Source: an uncultured Christensenella sp. (GTDB lineage Bacteria; Bacillota; Clostridia; Christensenellales; UBA1242). From it: 64,000 nucleotides of DNA. Shown in pieces: positions 19,270-28,484 of the stretch (position 1 is the first letter of the stretch; every line of letters begins with the position of its first letter). The notes beneath the pieces are model-generated. The model was not told where the DNA came from and searched no databases. It saw only the letters and a list, made by a program, of their open reading frames with translations. Location of the stretch: NCBI GenBank assembly GCA_964434265.1, contig CAYSUK010000005.1:12914-76913 (forward strand), written 5' to 3'. Made by a program: the position numbers and the translations under genes.

Positions 19270-20043
19270 ATGAATAAAGTTATATCATTTATAAATCAAA
19301 AAGGCGGGGTAGGGAAAACAACTACGTGTGTTAATCTATCTGCATATCTTGCTGAAATGGGCAAAAAGGTTTTAGTAATTGATATGGATCCACAAGGTAA
19401 TGCTAGTAGTAGCTTTGGAATAAACAAAGAAGACAAACATAAAACAATATACAGTGTAATTGTAAATGAAGATGATATTAAAGATGTAATATTAAAAACA
19501 CAGTTTAAAAATCTTGATATTATTCCTTCAGATGTTGATTTGGCAGGTGCTGAAATTGATTTGGTTGAGATTCCAAATCGCGAAAAAGTCCTACGTAAAG
19601 CCATATCTAAAATAAAAGATAACTATGATTATATATGTTTGGATTGTCCGCCATCGCTTGGACTTATTACAGTAAATGCTCTTACTGCTAGTGATAGTGT
19701 GATTATTCCTATCCAATGTCATTATTTTGCACTAGAAGGATTAAGTGTATTGATGTATACTTTAAAACTTGTTAAAAAGCATTTAAATCCTGATGTTGAT
19801 GTAGAAGGTGTAGTACTTACAATGAAAGACGGTCGTAGTAATCTTGACCAATCAGTAGCTGACGATATAAATAAATACTTTAAAGAGAAAGTGTATAAGA
19901 CAATTATTCCACGTAATGTTAGACTTGCTGAAGCTCCAAGCTTTGGAATGCCAATTTCTAGTTATGACCCAAAAAGCACAGGTGGAATAGCATATAAAAA
20001 TCTAACAGAAGAATTTTTAAAAAGGAATATAAAGGGGGAATAA
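19270..20043 (+). CDS. parA: chromosome partitioning ATPase ParA/Soj
   Basis: Deviant Walker A NQKGGVGKTTT, plus VIDMDPQGNAS and DCPPSLG. A GGAGGG ribosome-binding site lies upstream. Confidence 0.94.
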   Translation: MNKVISFINQKGGVGKTTTCVNLSAYLAEMGKKVLVIDMDPQGNASSSFGINKEDKHKTIYSVIVNEDDIKDVILKTQFKNLDIIPSDVDLAGAEIDLVEIPNREKVLRKAISKIKDNYDYICLDCPPSLGLITVNALTASDSVIIPIQCHYFALEGLSVLMYTLKLVKKHLNPDVDVEGVVLTMKDGRSNLDQSVADDINKYFKEKVYKTIIPRNVRLAEAPSFGMPISSYDPKSTGGIAYKNLTEEFLKRNIKGE

Positions 20044-20044
20044 T

Positions 20045-20968
20045 ATGGCAGCAAATAAAGGTTTGGGCCGTGGGCTCGGCTCATTATTGGGTATTTTTGA
20101 TAATGATGAAGAAAATGTATTAATTAATAAAAAAGGTGAACTTATTGACAAAAAAGCAGAAGTTTCTGACAAAAAGTCAGATAATATTAACAATAACGTA
20201 ACGGAAATAGCGATTTCGCTTATTGACAACAATCCTGACCAACCACGTAAAAATTTTGACCCTACTGCAATAAAGGAACTTGCAACATCTATAAAAGAAT
20301 ATGGAGTAATCCAACCTATTATTCTTAAAAAGAACGGTGATAGATACATAATTGTTGCGGGCGAACGTCGTTTTAGAGCAAGTAAACTAGCTGGGCTTAA
20401 AGTAATACCTGCGATTGTTCGTGATTATACTGACAACCAAGTAAAGGAAATTGCACTCCTTGAAAATATTCAAAGAGAAGACTTAAATCCTATTGAGACT
20501 GCACGTGCAATGAAAGAACTTCTTACTCTTTATGGCTGGACTCAAGAGGTTTTGGCTGACAAACTAGGTAAAAGCCGTCCAGTGGTTGCAAACTATGTAA
20601 GATTATTGTCGCTTCAACCCGAAGTAATAAAGATGATAGAAAGCGGAAAACTTAGTGCTGGACATGCAAGAAGTCTGGTTGTTATTGATGACCCACGTGT
20701 CCAAGTTAAACTTGCCGAACAAGCGGTAAATCGTAAAATTACGGTCAGAGATATGGAAAAGGCTGTAAGAGATGTTACAAATCCAAAGTTGAAAAAGTCA
20801 CAAAAAACTTCTATGACTGATGAGATGCAAGAATTTTTGGAAATTATGCAACATAAATTCAGAACAAAAGTTAGCCTTCTAGGCAATGAGAAAAAAGGTC
20901 GTATTATTATTGATTATTATAATAGTGATGATTTAGATCGCATTTATGATATGATAAATCGTATTTAA
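20045..20968 (+). CDS. parB: chromosome partitioning protein ParB/Spo0J
   Basis: Contains GLGRGLGSLL, the ParB box IQPIILKK...YIIVAGERRFRASKLAG, and an HTH at QEVLADKLGKSRPVVANYVRLL. The start lies 1 nt after the parA stop. Confidence 0.94.
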   Translation: MAANKGLGRGLGSLLGIFDNDEENVLINKKGELIDKKAEVSDKKSDNINNNVTEIAISLIDNNPDQPRKNFDPTAIKELATSIKEYGVIQPIILKKNGDRYIIVAGERRFRASKLAGLKVIPAIVRDYTDNQVKEIALLENIQREDLNPIETARAMKELLTLYGWTQEVLADKLGKSRPVVANYVRLLSLQPEVIKMIESGKLSAGHARSLVVIDDPRVQVKLAEQAVNRKITVRDMEKAVRDVTNPKLKKSQKTSMTDEMQEFLEIMQHKFRTKVSLLGNEKKGRIIIDYYNSDDLDRIYDMINRI

Positions 20969-20971
20969 GGT

Positions 20972-21007
20972 AAAAAAATAAAGCAACTTAAGGTTGCTTT
21001 ATTTTTT
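20972..21007. terminator. bidirectional intrinsic terminator (parB / cvpA)
   Basis: AATAAAGCAAC / GTTGCTTTATT stem flanked by an A-run and a T-run, between convergent genes. Confidence 0.75.
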
Positions 21008-21024
21008 CTTCAAAACATATTAAT

Positions 21025-21705
21025 TTATTCGGTTGTAGTCTTTGTTTGAGTGCTTGGAGTAGTATTTGTATCGTCTGGAATTTCTTTATTTACGTCAGAT
21101 TTTTTAATAACATCTTGTATAATTTCTTGAATGTCTATGTCTTTAAGTTGGTTTTCTGTAAAGTCATCAACATAGTTGTAGACCCAGTTTGTAACAGTCG
21201 ATTGTTTGATGTAAGTTTCAACATTTGTAAAACGAGCAAATACTGTGCAGATTGCTAGTGTCACGATTACTATTATTCCGCCTTTAATTATTCCAAACAA
21301 CATTCCAAGAACACGATTTAGTCCGTTTAGAACAGTGTTTCCGTTTGTGATACTGTCAAATATTTTTGCAAGTAAGTAGATTGCAAGTTTGAGTAAGATA
21401 AACACAACAATTCCTGCAAAAATCATTGATAAAAATCCGGCAATTTCACTTCGCTTAAAGGTCATATTAAACAACGAAAATTGTTGTTCTTCAGTAAATT
21501 TACCAATAAGACCATCAAACATTTTTGGAGTATCCAATCCGATTGTGTTGTTTATAAACGAAGCACAAGGCTTGGCGAGATATATAGAAATAGCCACACA
21601 TACCGCTGTCGAAATAAGTGAAATCAGCGACTCAAAAAGCCCTTTCCAAAGTCCAATCAGCGCGAATATGATAATGATTGCAAAAAATATAATATCAACC
21701 CACAT
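21025..21705 (-). CDS. cvpA: CvpA-family membrane protein
   Basis: N-terminus WVDIIFFAIIIIFALIGLWKGLFESLISLIS is typical of CvpA. It has four to five TM segments and a T/P-rich tail. Confidence 0.75.
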   Translation of the reverse strand: MWVDIIFFAIIIIFALIGLWKGLFESLISLISTAVCVAISIYLAKPCASFINNTIGLDTPKMFDGLIGKFTEEQQFSLFNMTFKRSEIAGFLSMIFAGIVVFILLKLAIYLLAKIFDSITNGNTVLNGLNRVLGMLFGIIKGGIIVIVTLAICTVFARFTNVETYIKQSTVTNWVYNYVDDFTENQLKDIDIQEIIQDVIKKSDVNKEIPDDTNTTPSTQTKTTTE

Positions 21706-21852
21706 AATAGCCTCCGTGCGTATTATTTATAATAATATATCACAATCAATAAAATTTGTCATTTATTAAAAGCAACATTTTAATAATATTTAACCATAAA
21801 AGTATGAGTTTATTCGGTAATGTCAAATATAAAAAACAATAAGGTGGTGGTT

Positions 21853-22371
21853 ATGTCTGACAAAAATATCATTAAAAATCTCGCTCTCAAAATTGCAAAC
21901 ATGCATCTAAACTCAACTTCGCCAATAATTGTTATGTGTATAGGTAGCGACAAAATTGTGGGAGATATGCTGGGAGTAATTGTGGGTGAGCGATTAAAAC
22001 GACTTAACATTACAAACACATATGTTTGTGGTGAACTCAATAATCCAATCACTCAAAAAAATATTAAGGAAGAATATCTAAAAATACGAACCTTGCACCC
22101 AAATTCAAAAGTCCTTGTCATCGACTCGCTTCTTGGGGAAATCGAAGAAGTTGGGCAAATAAAAATGACCAAAAAGGGAGTATATGCGGGGGCGGAATTT
22201 GGTGACGGAACATATGTCGGAGATTGTAGTATGCTAGGTGTGGTTTGTCCAAAGGGTGTAAATGCACTGACTTTTTTGTCGAGTGTACGACTTGGACTTA
22301 TAACCAAAATGAGTGACATTATTGTGGGTGCATTTGTGCTTGCTGAAAAATATAAAATGGCGCTTTGTTAG
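21853..22371 (+). CDS. yyaC: YyaC-like (GPR-type endopeptidase-like) putative sporulation protein
   Basis: Contains VMCIGSDKIVGDMLGVIVGERL, which resembles the YyaC signature CIGTDRSTGDSLGPL. Its position next to parB matches B. subtilis. The start is set at ATG 21853, after an AAGGTGG ribosome-binding site. Confidence 0.65.
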   Translation: MSDKNIIKNLALKIANMHLNSTSPIIVMCIGSDKIVGDMLGVIVGERLKRLNITNTYVCGELNNPITQKNIKEEYLKIRTLHPNSKVLVIDSLLGEIEEVGQIKMTKKGVYAGAEFGDGTYVGDCSMLGVVCPKGVNALTFLSSVRLGLITKMSDIIVGAFVLAEKYKMALC

Positions 22372-22528
22372 TTTTATCTTCTAATTTGCGACATTTTTTG
22401 GGGTTGTGACTAATTTTAAAGTTTATTTTTACTATAAAATAAATATATTATATAACAAAGTCACTAAAAAAGTTGTAACCCAACTTTATTTGTGATAGAA
22501 TACCCTTAGTATTTATTGGAGGTAGAAA

Positions 22529-24715
22529 TTGGACAATAAAAAGAAAAATACAGCAAAACATTATGGAGTATGGCTTGCTATACTTGCTATACTTATACTT
22601 ATATTTTATCTTGCAAGCACAGGTGTTAGTGCTGAGAAAATCTCATATACGACAGCTAAAGATTATGTCGAGAGTGGTCGCGTAACAAATATCTATGCAG
22701 AAGGTGGCAAGGCATATATGCTTATGAAAGACACCGAAATAGATAAAGACGATTTTCCTAGTGAAGCAGATTATTATTTTGAGTACACTGCATGGAGCCA
22801 ACTTGAGTTTATAAACGACTACAATGCCGCTCCCACAACTACAGTAAAAGTTGTGCTCGAATATAAAAATCCTACCGCTTCGTTTATCGAAACTATTGCG
22901 CCATATGTAAGCATAGTTATAATGATAATTATAGGCATTTTGATTTACAAAATGTTTTCTTCAAAAGGAAACGGCGTCGGAGCATTTAATAAGAGCAAAG
23001 CGCGCTTGGTCGAGAAGAGCAATATCCGTTTTAACAATATTGCTGGTGCTGACGAAGAAAAAGAAGAAGTTCAAGAAATAGTGGAGTTTTTGAAAAACCC
23101 AGGCAAATTTAAAGCGCTTGGTGCACGTATCCCTAAGGGCATACTACTTGTTGGCCCACCAGGAACAGGTAAAACATTGCTTGCAAAAGCAGTTGCTGGC
23201 GAAAGCAACGTGCCTTTCCTATCTATCACCGGTAGTGACTTTGTCGAACTATACGTTGGTGTAGGTGCTGGCAGAGTAAGAGACTTGTTTGAGACAGCAA
23301 AACGTAACGCACCATGTATTGTGTTTATCGACGAGATAGATGCTGTCGGACGTCAACGTGGTGCAGGCCTTGGTGGCGGAAATGACGAACGTGAACAAAC
23401 ACTAAACCAACTTTTGGTTGAGATGGACGGATTTGAAGCAAACGAAGGCGTAATTGTACTTGCGGCAACAAATAGAGCAGACGTACTAGACCCAGCGCTA
23501 CTTCGTCCGGGCAGATTTGATAGACAAATATATGTAAACATTCCAGATGTTAGGGGACGTGAAGGCATACTAAAAATACATGCCAAAAACAAACCTATTG
23601 ACCCTAGCGTAGACTTTAAAGATATCGCTAGACTTACAAGCGGATTTACTGGTGCAGATATTGAAAACGTGCTAAACGAAGCTGCAATACTATCAGCTCG
23701 AAACGGCAAGTCTACAATCGGCATGACAGAGATTACTGAAGGCATAAATAAAGTATTGATGGGGCCACAAAAGAAGAGCCGACTAGTTACTGAAAACGAC
23801 AAAAAACTCACAGCATATCACGAAGCAGGACATGCTATTATCGCTAAGAAACTTGATTGTGGTGAAAATGTACACGAAGTTTCTATTATTCCACGTGGAA
23901 TGGCTGGTGGATACACAAGCACACGTCCAAGTGATGACGACGAGCATTATTCACTTTCAAAACTAAACAATCGCATATCCATGATGATGGGCGGACGTAT
24001 AGCCGAACAAATTGCGTTTGGGGATATTACTGCAGGAGCAAGTAGTGATATTAGTAAAGCTACAGAAATCGCTCGCAAAATGGTAACCGAATGGGGTATG
24101 AGCGAAAAACTAGGATTTTTGAGTTTTGGTAGTAAAAACGAAGTATTTATCGGTCGTGATTATCAAACACAAAACAATTATAGCGAAGCAACAGCATCGC
24201 TTATAGATAGCGAAATCAAACGTATTGTCGACGAAAACTATGCACGAGCATACAAAATATTGAGTGACAATAAAGACGCTCTAGACAATCTTGCAAACTT
24301 GCTTTTGGAAAAAGAAACTATATACACAAAAGAAGTAGATGAGGTTCTTGCAGGTATCGACTATAAAGAAATTGTCAAACGTATCGACAAAGAAGAAAAG
24401 AGTCGTAAAAAACAAGAAGACAAGAAAAAACGTGAGCAAGAAGAAGTAAATGCACTTAAGATTCAACAACTTAAAGAGCAAGCAGCTGAAGCACTCAATA
24501 ATGCTGGTGTTATATCCAAAAACGAATATGACAAAATAAAAGAGCAAGGTCAAAAACTTAGAGAAGAATTTGATGCAAAAGCTGAGAACAAAACTAAAAA
24601 GAAAAAAGTAGAGACTGAAAAAAAGGCTGAGACAGATACCAAGACAGAAAGTATCGAAAATAAGGCCGATTTAGAAGAAACTAAAAAAGAAGATAAGACA
24701 GACGACCAAAAATAG
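22529..24715 (+). CDS. ftsH: ATP-dependent zinc metalloprotease FtsH with long K/E-rich C-terminal tail
   Basis: Contains [28 protein letters not shown], the SRH region, and the zinc site HEAGHAI. The start is TTG, after a GGAGG ribosome-binding site. Confidence 0.95.
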   Translation: MDNKKKNTAKHYGVWLAILAILILIFYLASTGVSAEKISYTTAKDYVESGRVTNIYAEGGKAYMLMKDTEIDKDDFPSEADYYFEYTAWSQLEFINDYNAAPTTTVKVVLEYKNPTASFIETIAPYVSIVIMIIIGILIYKMFSSKGNGVGAFNKSKARLVEKSNIRFNNIAGADEEKEEVQEIVEFLKNPGKFKALGARIPKGILLVGPPGTGKTLLAKAVAGESNVPFLSITGSDFVELYVGVGAGRVRDLFETAKRNAPCIVFIDEIDAVGRQRGAGLGGGNDEREQTLNQLLVEMDGFEANEGVIVLAATNRADVLDPALLRPGRFDRQIYVNIPDVRGREGILKIHAKNKPIDPSVDFKDIARLTSGFTGADIENVLNEAAILSARNGKSTIGMTEITEGINKVLMGPQKKSRLVTENDKKLTAYHEAGHAIIAKKLDCGENVHEVSIIPRGMAGGYTSTRPSDDDEHYSLSKLNNRISMMMGGRIAEQIAFGDITAGASSDISKATEIARKMVTEWGMSEKLGFLSFGSKNEVFIGRDYQTQNNYSEATASLIDSEIKRIVDENYARAYKILSDNKDALDNLANLLLEKETIYTKEVDEVLAGIDYKEIVKRIDKEEKSRKKQEDKKKREQEEVNALKIQQLKEQAAEALNNAGVISKNEYDKIKEQGQKLREEFDAKAENKTKKKKVETEKKAETDTKTESIENKADLEETKKEDKTDDQK

Positions 24716-24768
24716 TTTGACAAAGACAAATATATTGGTTATTATGAGTAAGTAAAAAGAGGAAAAAT

Positions 24769-25365
24769 ATGAAAAAAGTAATATCAATCATTTCTATTGT
24801 ATTGGTTGCACTTCTAGTGGGTGCGACAATCACACTTGCATGTGTAAAAACACATACTTTTGATGCCGTAGATGCACTTGGAGACTATGATAAAATTGAG
24901 TCTGTTGAGATTTTCAAAAACGGCAGTTCGTACAATACTTTTAGTAGTTATAGTGACAAAACAACAATTGACAAAATTGTTTCCCTTCACAAAGATTCGT
25001 TGAAAGACAATGTACTAAGTGCATTGTTCCAAGGAGCAACTGGTTTTGATGAGAGTTTTGACAAATTGTCTACATCTAAAAGTGTAAGCGATATTTATGC
25101 TGAAAATATTTGTATTTCATTTAAATTTAGCGAGAAGCAAACTTTAAAATGGAATGGCGAAAATGTTTTGACAGCGAAAGAAAAAACAGTAGAGTACAAC
25201 AAAATTATTATGCAACTAAATAATAGTAAAAACTTTGCTGATGTAGCTGTTTATGTACTAAACGATTCGACATCAAGCCTTTACAGAGTAAACACTCTTG
25301 CTCACCAAGCTGATCTTTATGATTATATCAATAAAATGGATTTTGCAGGTAGCTCGGCAAATTAA
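24769..25365 (+). CDS. putative lipoprotein, function unknown
   Basis: Signal peptide MKKVISIISIVLVALLVGATITLAC with a lipobox-like TLAC. A GAGGA ribosome-binding site lies upstream. Confidence 0.65.
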   Translation: MKKVISIISIVLVALLVGATITLACVKTHTFDAVDALGDYDKIESVEIFKNGSSYNTFSSYSDKTTIDKIVSLHKDSLKDNVLSALFQGATGFDESFDKLSTSKSVSDIYAENICISFKFSEKQTLKWNGENVLTAKEKTVEYNKIIMQLNNSKNFADVAVYVLNDSTSSLYRVNTLAHQADLYDYINKMDFAGSSAN

Positions 25366-25450
25366 TATTGTATAAAAGTCAAGACATTGTCTTGGCTTTT
25401 TATATGTCAAAATATAAAAAACAAGTCTCTACTTTCATAGAGACTTGTTT

Positions 25451-26581
25451 TTATTTGTCATGAGATTTGCAATAAAGTGCGAAGAAATCTCCAAGATTTA
25501 CTTTGCGATATTTACGTAACAAATCCATAGGACTGGTCGCCCAGCCATTTTGTATTATAAGTTCGGTCGCAATTCCGCCTAGCACATAACTTTCTATTGT
25601 GCCTATTTTTTGTGTAAGGTAGAGTAGATTGTTGAAGGCTTGTTCTTTTGGCATTTTTGTAAGCATGTAAATATAACATTGTTCGATAGCGGTGTTATAA
25701 TTTTTTATTGTAAGTAGTGGTTTTAATATGTTTGCAGAAAGTATCTTGGCATTTTTAGTATAAATACTTTTTCGTGCGTGAAGACTACTAAACATCGCCC
25801 AACCATTTAGTACCCATCGTGACCCAGTGTCAAAATTTCGTGTTTGGTTTTGAAAAACACTATTGAAAAAATGTGCTTTGCCAGGATAAGCATTGCGATA
25901 ATATTGGTATTCGATATTGTCGCCTAGTGTATGTAGAGTAACAAAGTCTACAGGTGTGCCATTAAAATGGTGCGAACTAAGTCGTCCAAATCCACTTGTT
26001 TTTTCATATGACACAATATATTTTGTGTCGTCTTTTTCACCCCATATTCCTTGCAATAATCGGTCATTTTGAATATTGTTTTCAAGTCGATTTATTGTGT
26101 CTTCGGCATTTTTATTACTTGAAAGTGAGATATTTTCAAAACTGCGTTTGGAGTATTTTATTATTTCGCGTTTGACCGCACTATAATATTTGCCGAGAAT
26201 GGTTTTGTATAGTGGGATAGTGACGTTTTGGCATTTTTTAGTAGTTGCTGTCGTCAATAAATACATGAAAAATTCTTTATCGTCGGCATATTTTGTGTTT
26301 ATAATATCGACAAAATATTGTTTGAGTGGCGTCGGACAAAACAAAACACCATTTATGCGTTTGGTCACAACATCTTTAAAGTGAGATTTGTCATTCTCTG
26401 ACAAATTGTCAAAAGTCTCCATTACTTGCAAGATAGAAAAATTGTGACGATAAAACTCGATTTCTTTGTCGAGTATTTTTTTACTGTCTTCGTCAAGATG
26501 AAAACCATATCTCTTAATTTCTTTGTAAACATTGTTGTCAAATGCAACTTTATTTTTCCATTTTTTATCTTCGTATATCAT
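25451..26581 (-). CDS. hypothetical protein, weak DUF885-like C-terminal resemblance without a zinc motif
   Basis: A 376-aa ORF flanked by terminators. Blocks such as NGWAMFSSLHARKS and YLTQKIGTIESYVLGG resemble DUF885 order, but I see no HExxH. Confidence 0.5.
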   Translation of the reverse strand: MIYEDKKWKNKVAFDNNVYKEIKRYGFHLDEDSKKILDKEIEFYRHNFSILQVMETFDNLSENDKSHFKDVVTKRINGVLFCPTPLKQYFVDIINTKYADDKEFFMYLLTTATTKKCQNVTIPLYKTILGKYYSAVKREIIKYSKRSFENISLSSNKNAEDTINRLENNIQNDRLLQGIWGEKDDTKYIVSYEKTSGFGRLSSHHFNGTPVDFVTLHTLGDNIEYQYYRNAYPGKAHFFNSVFQNQTRNFDTGSRWVLNGWAMFSSLHARKSIYTKNAKILSANILKPLLTIKNYNTAIEQCYIYMLTKMPKEQAFNNLLYLTQKIGTIESYVLGGIATELIIQNGWATSPMDLLRKYRKVNLGDFFALYCKSHDK

Positions 26582-26637
26582 GTCTTTATTATATTAAATA
26601 AATTTAAGTTAGACAATTAAATATTGATGTTTTTTAA

Positions 26638-27465
26638 TTACTTTTTAAAATAACCTAAGTCATTTAGTTTTTTATTTACAATATCCTTTGTCTGATTTTG
26701 ACCGAGTGCAAAACTTAGATTGCTCATCACATAACCTAGCGGAGTTCCTAGGTCATATCGCTCACCTTTGATTTTTACGGCAAACATATAATTGTTTTTA
26801 ACATACATTTCGACAGCATCGGTTATGGGCATGTCGTGAGATTGACGAATATAATTAAAGATGCTGGGTTCTAGAAGAAATACACCAAGACTGGCAAGAT
26901 TGCTTGGTGCTTGCTCTGGTCTTGGCTTCTCAATTATCGACATTATGCGACAATTTTCTCCAATTTCTACTATTCCATACTTATTTACTTCATTTTTTTC
27001 TACTTCTTTGACGGCAAGTAGTGTTGAATGAAATTTGTAAAATGCTTTTAACATCTGTGTAATTAATGATGGGTTGTTGTTTATTATTTCGTCACCGTTT
27101 AACATTAAAAATTTTTCATCGCCGACCCACTGCCTGGCATAACTAATTGCATCGCCAGTTCCACGTGATGAGTTTTGTGATATAAAGCAAAAATTTGCTT
27201 TTTTGTAGTTTTGAAGTTTTGCTAGTTGTAAGTCGTCGGCGACACTTTCAAAAGCAATATTTTTTGTAAAGTATTTTATTATATCTGTTTTGTCGGGACG
27301 TATTACAAATGCTATTTCCGTAATCCCATTTTTGATTAGGTCGTCGACCAATATTTGAAGTATAGGTGTATCGTAAAGTGGTAAAAGTTCTTTAGAGATG
27401 GCTTTGGTTGTTGGTAAAAATCTCGTCCCCCACCCACCACATAATATAACAGCTTTTCGTATCAT
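26638..27465 (-). CDS. galU: UTP-glucose-1-phosphate uridylyltransferase-like sugar nucleotidyltransferase
   Basis: Contains KAVILCGGWGTRFLPTTKAISKELLPLYDTPILQ. The start is set at MIRKAVI (27465), after a GGAGG ribosome-binding site. Confidence 0.8.
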   Translation of the reverse strand: MIRKAVILCGGWGTRFLPTTKAISKELLPLYDTPILQILVDDLIKNGITEIAFVIRPDKTDIIKYFTKNIAFESVADDLQLAKLQNYKKANFCFISQNSSRGTGDAISYARQWVGDEKFLMLNGDEIINNNPSLITQMLKAFYKFHSTLLAVKEVEKNEVNKYGIVEIGENCRIMSIIEKPRPEQAPSNLASLGVFLLEPSIFNYIRQSHDMPITDAVEMYVKNNYMFAVKIKGERYDLGTPLGYVMSNLSFALGQNQTKDIVNKKLNDLGYFKK

Positions 27466-27559
27466 GTTTACCTCCAATATTATATATGTGCAGTCTTGTA
27501 TGTTTGACACTTATCGTCATATTTTGCACAACACTTAAATAGGTATAAATAAAGGGACG

Positions 27560-27606
27560 GTTGCAAAAGGGACACGTATATAAAAAATATTGTTGCAAAA
27601 GGGACA
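27560..27606 (+). repeat. two 15-bp direct repeats GTTGCAAAAGGGACA (candidate operator)
   Basis: Copies lie at 27560-27574 and 27592-27606, 32 bp start to start. A third AAAGGGAC core lies at 27551-27558. All sit just upstream of the promoter of the 27688 gene. Confidence 0.6.
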
Positions 27607-27622
27607 TATTTAAAAATATGTG

Positions 27623-27651
27623 TTGACTAGATATCATTATTGGTGTAAAAT
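27623..27651 (+). promoter_or_regulatory. sigma-A-type promoter of the 27688-37475 module
   Basis: TTGACT (27623-27628), a 17-bp spacer, then TAAAAT (27646-27651). Confidence 0.55.
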
Positions 27652-27687
27652 ATACAATGTAAAAATATGTTTTGGAAAAGGAGAGAC

Positions 27688-28473
27688 ATGGCAAGACAAG
27701 CACGTAAAATTAGTTCACTTGGCACATATACTGTTGTGTTACGTGGCAAAACTGATTGTTTTGAAGATGCTGATTTACGGCATACTTTTTTGTGTTGTTT
27801 GTTTAAGTACACAAGTGCCGACATGTGTAGTGTGCTAGCTTATGCTTTTTCAAACAAAGACTGTTATATGGTTGTGCAAGAAAAGGACGGGACGTTGTCT
27901 GATTTTATGCGACGTAGCACGGGACTATTTGCAAGGCTGTATAATAAAAAGACATTGCATATGGGGAAGGTGTTTTTTGATAGATATCTAAGCGAACCTA
28001 TAAACACAAATGACGACACAATCACTGCTATTAAGCAAGTATTCAAACTAGAAAATATGGAAGGTTATACTTCGTGCAAAGCAAATTACTTTAAGGATAT
28101 GTTTGTGGATAGTAGTTTTGTAAAAGAACGTTTTACTCGTCTCCAATGGCGACAAGAACTTAAAAAACCAATTGAGAAAGCAAACTACAAAATAAGTGTT
28201 GGAAAACTTACTGACGAACAAGTCAGTGCGTACATACTTCAAAAACACAATATAAAAGTCACACAGATAAACAAGCTTAATCCAAACAAACTTGAAAGTG
28301 TAATAAAAGAAGTGGTCGATGTTACAAAAGTGAGTGCACGCCAACTTGCCCGTATTACATCACTTCCGCTAAGGTTGCTTTGGAAATTGTGCTCGAAAAA
28401 GGAAAAACAAGAAAAGAATGGAATTGTGTCCCAAGCGACCATTTCTAAGGACCAAAACAAAATACAAAAATAA
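27688..28473 (+). CDS. IS200/REP-type (HUH, Y1) transposase-like domain with lost catalytic residues, fused to a C-terminal DnaA-C-like HTH
   Basis: MARQARKISSLGTYTVVLRG...FED...LAYAFSNKDCYMVV...GKVFFDRYLSEP follows the family order (ARK..G.YH...RG, AYCLM.NH.HLL, GHLFQDRYKSE). KDC replaces HxH, and QVFKLEN replaces YIHQNP. The C-terminus VSARQLARITSLPLRLLWKL is HTH-like. The start is set at ATG 27688, after an AAGGAG ribosome-binding site. Confidence 0.65.
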   Translation: MARQARKISSLGTYTVVLRGKTDCFEDADLRHTFLCCLFKYTSADMCSVLAYAFSNKDCYMVVQEKDGTLSDFMRRSTGLFARLYNKKTLHMGKVFFDRYLSEPINTNDDTITAIKQVFKLENMEGYTSCKANYFKDMFVDSSFVKERFTRLQWRQELKKPIEKANYKISVGKLTDEQVSAYILQKHNIKVTQINKLNPNKLESVIKEVVDVTKVSARQLARITSLPLRLLWKLCSKKEKQEKNGIVSQATISKDQNKIQK

Positions 28474-28484
28474 AAGGAGTAGTT

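Noticed and set aside
23353-23811. A 152-aa minus-strand ORF inside ftsH. Similar cases are 61134-61586 inside the ABC gene, 31145-31567 inside the giant gene, and 38634-38996 on the plus strand (antisense to cls).
   Set aside because: These are S/P/F-rich antisense shadows of strongly supported genes.
27688-28473. An active IS200/IS605-type insertion sequence.
   Set aside because: The HUH histidines and catalytic tyrosine appear to be replaced. There is no tnpB, no subterminal hairpins and no duplicated ends. The gene is integrated in an operon-like module.
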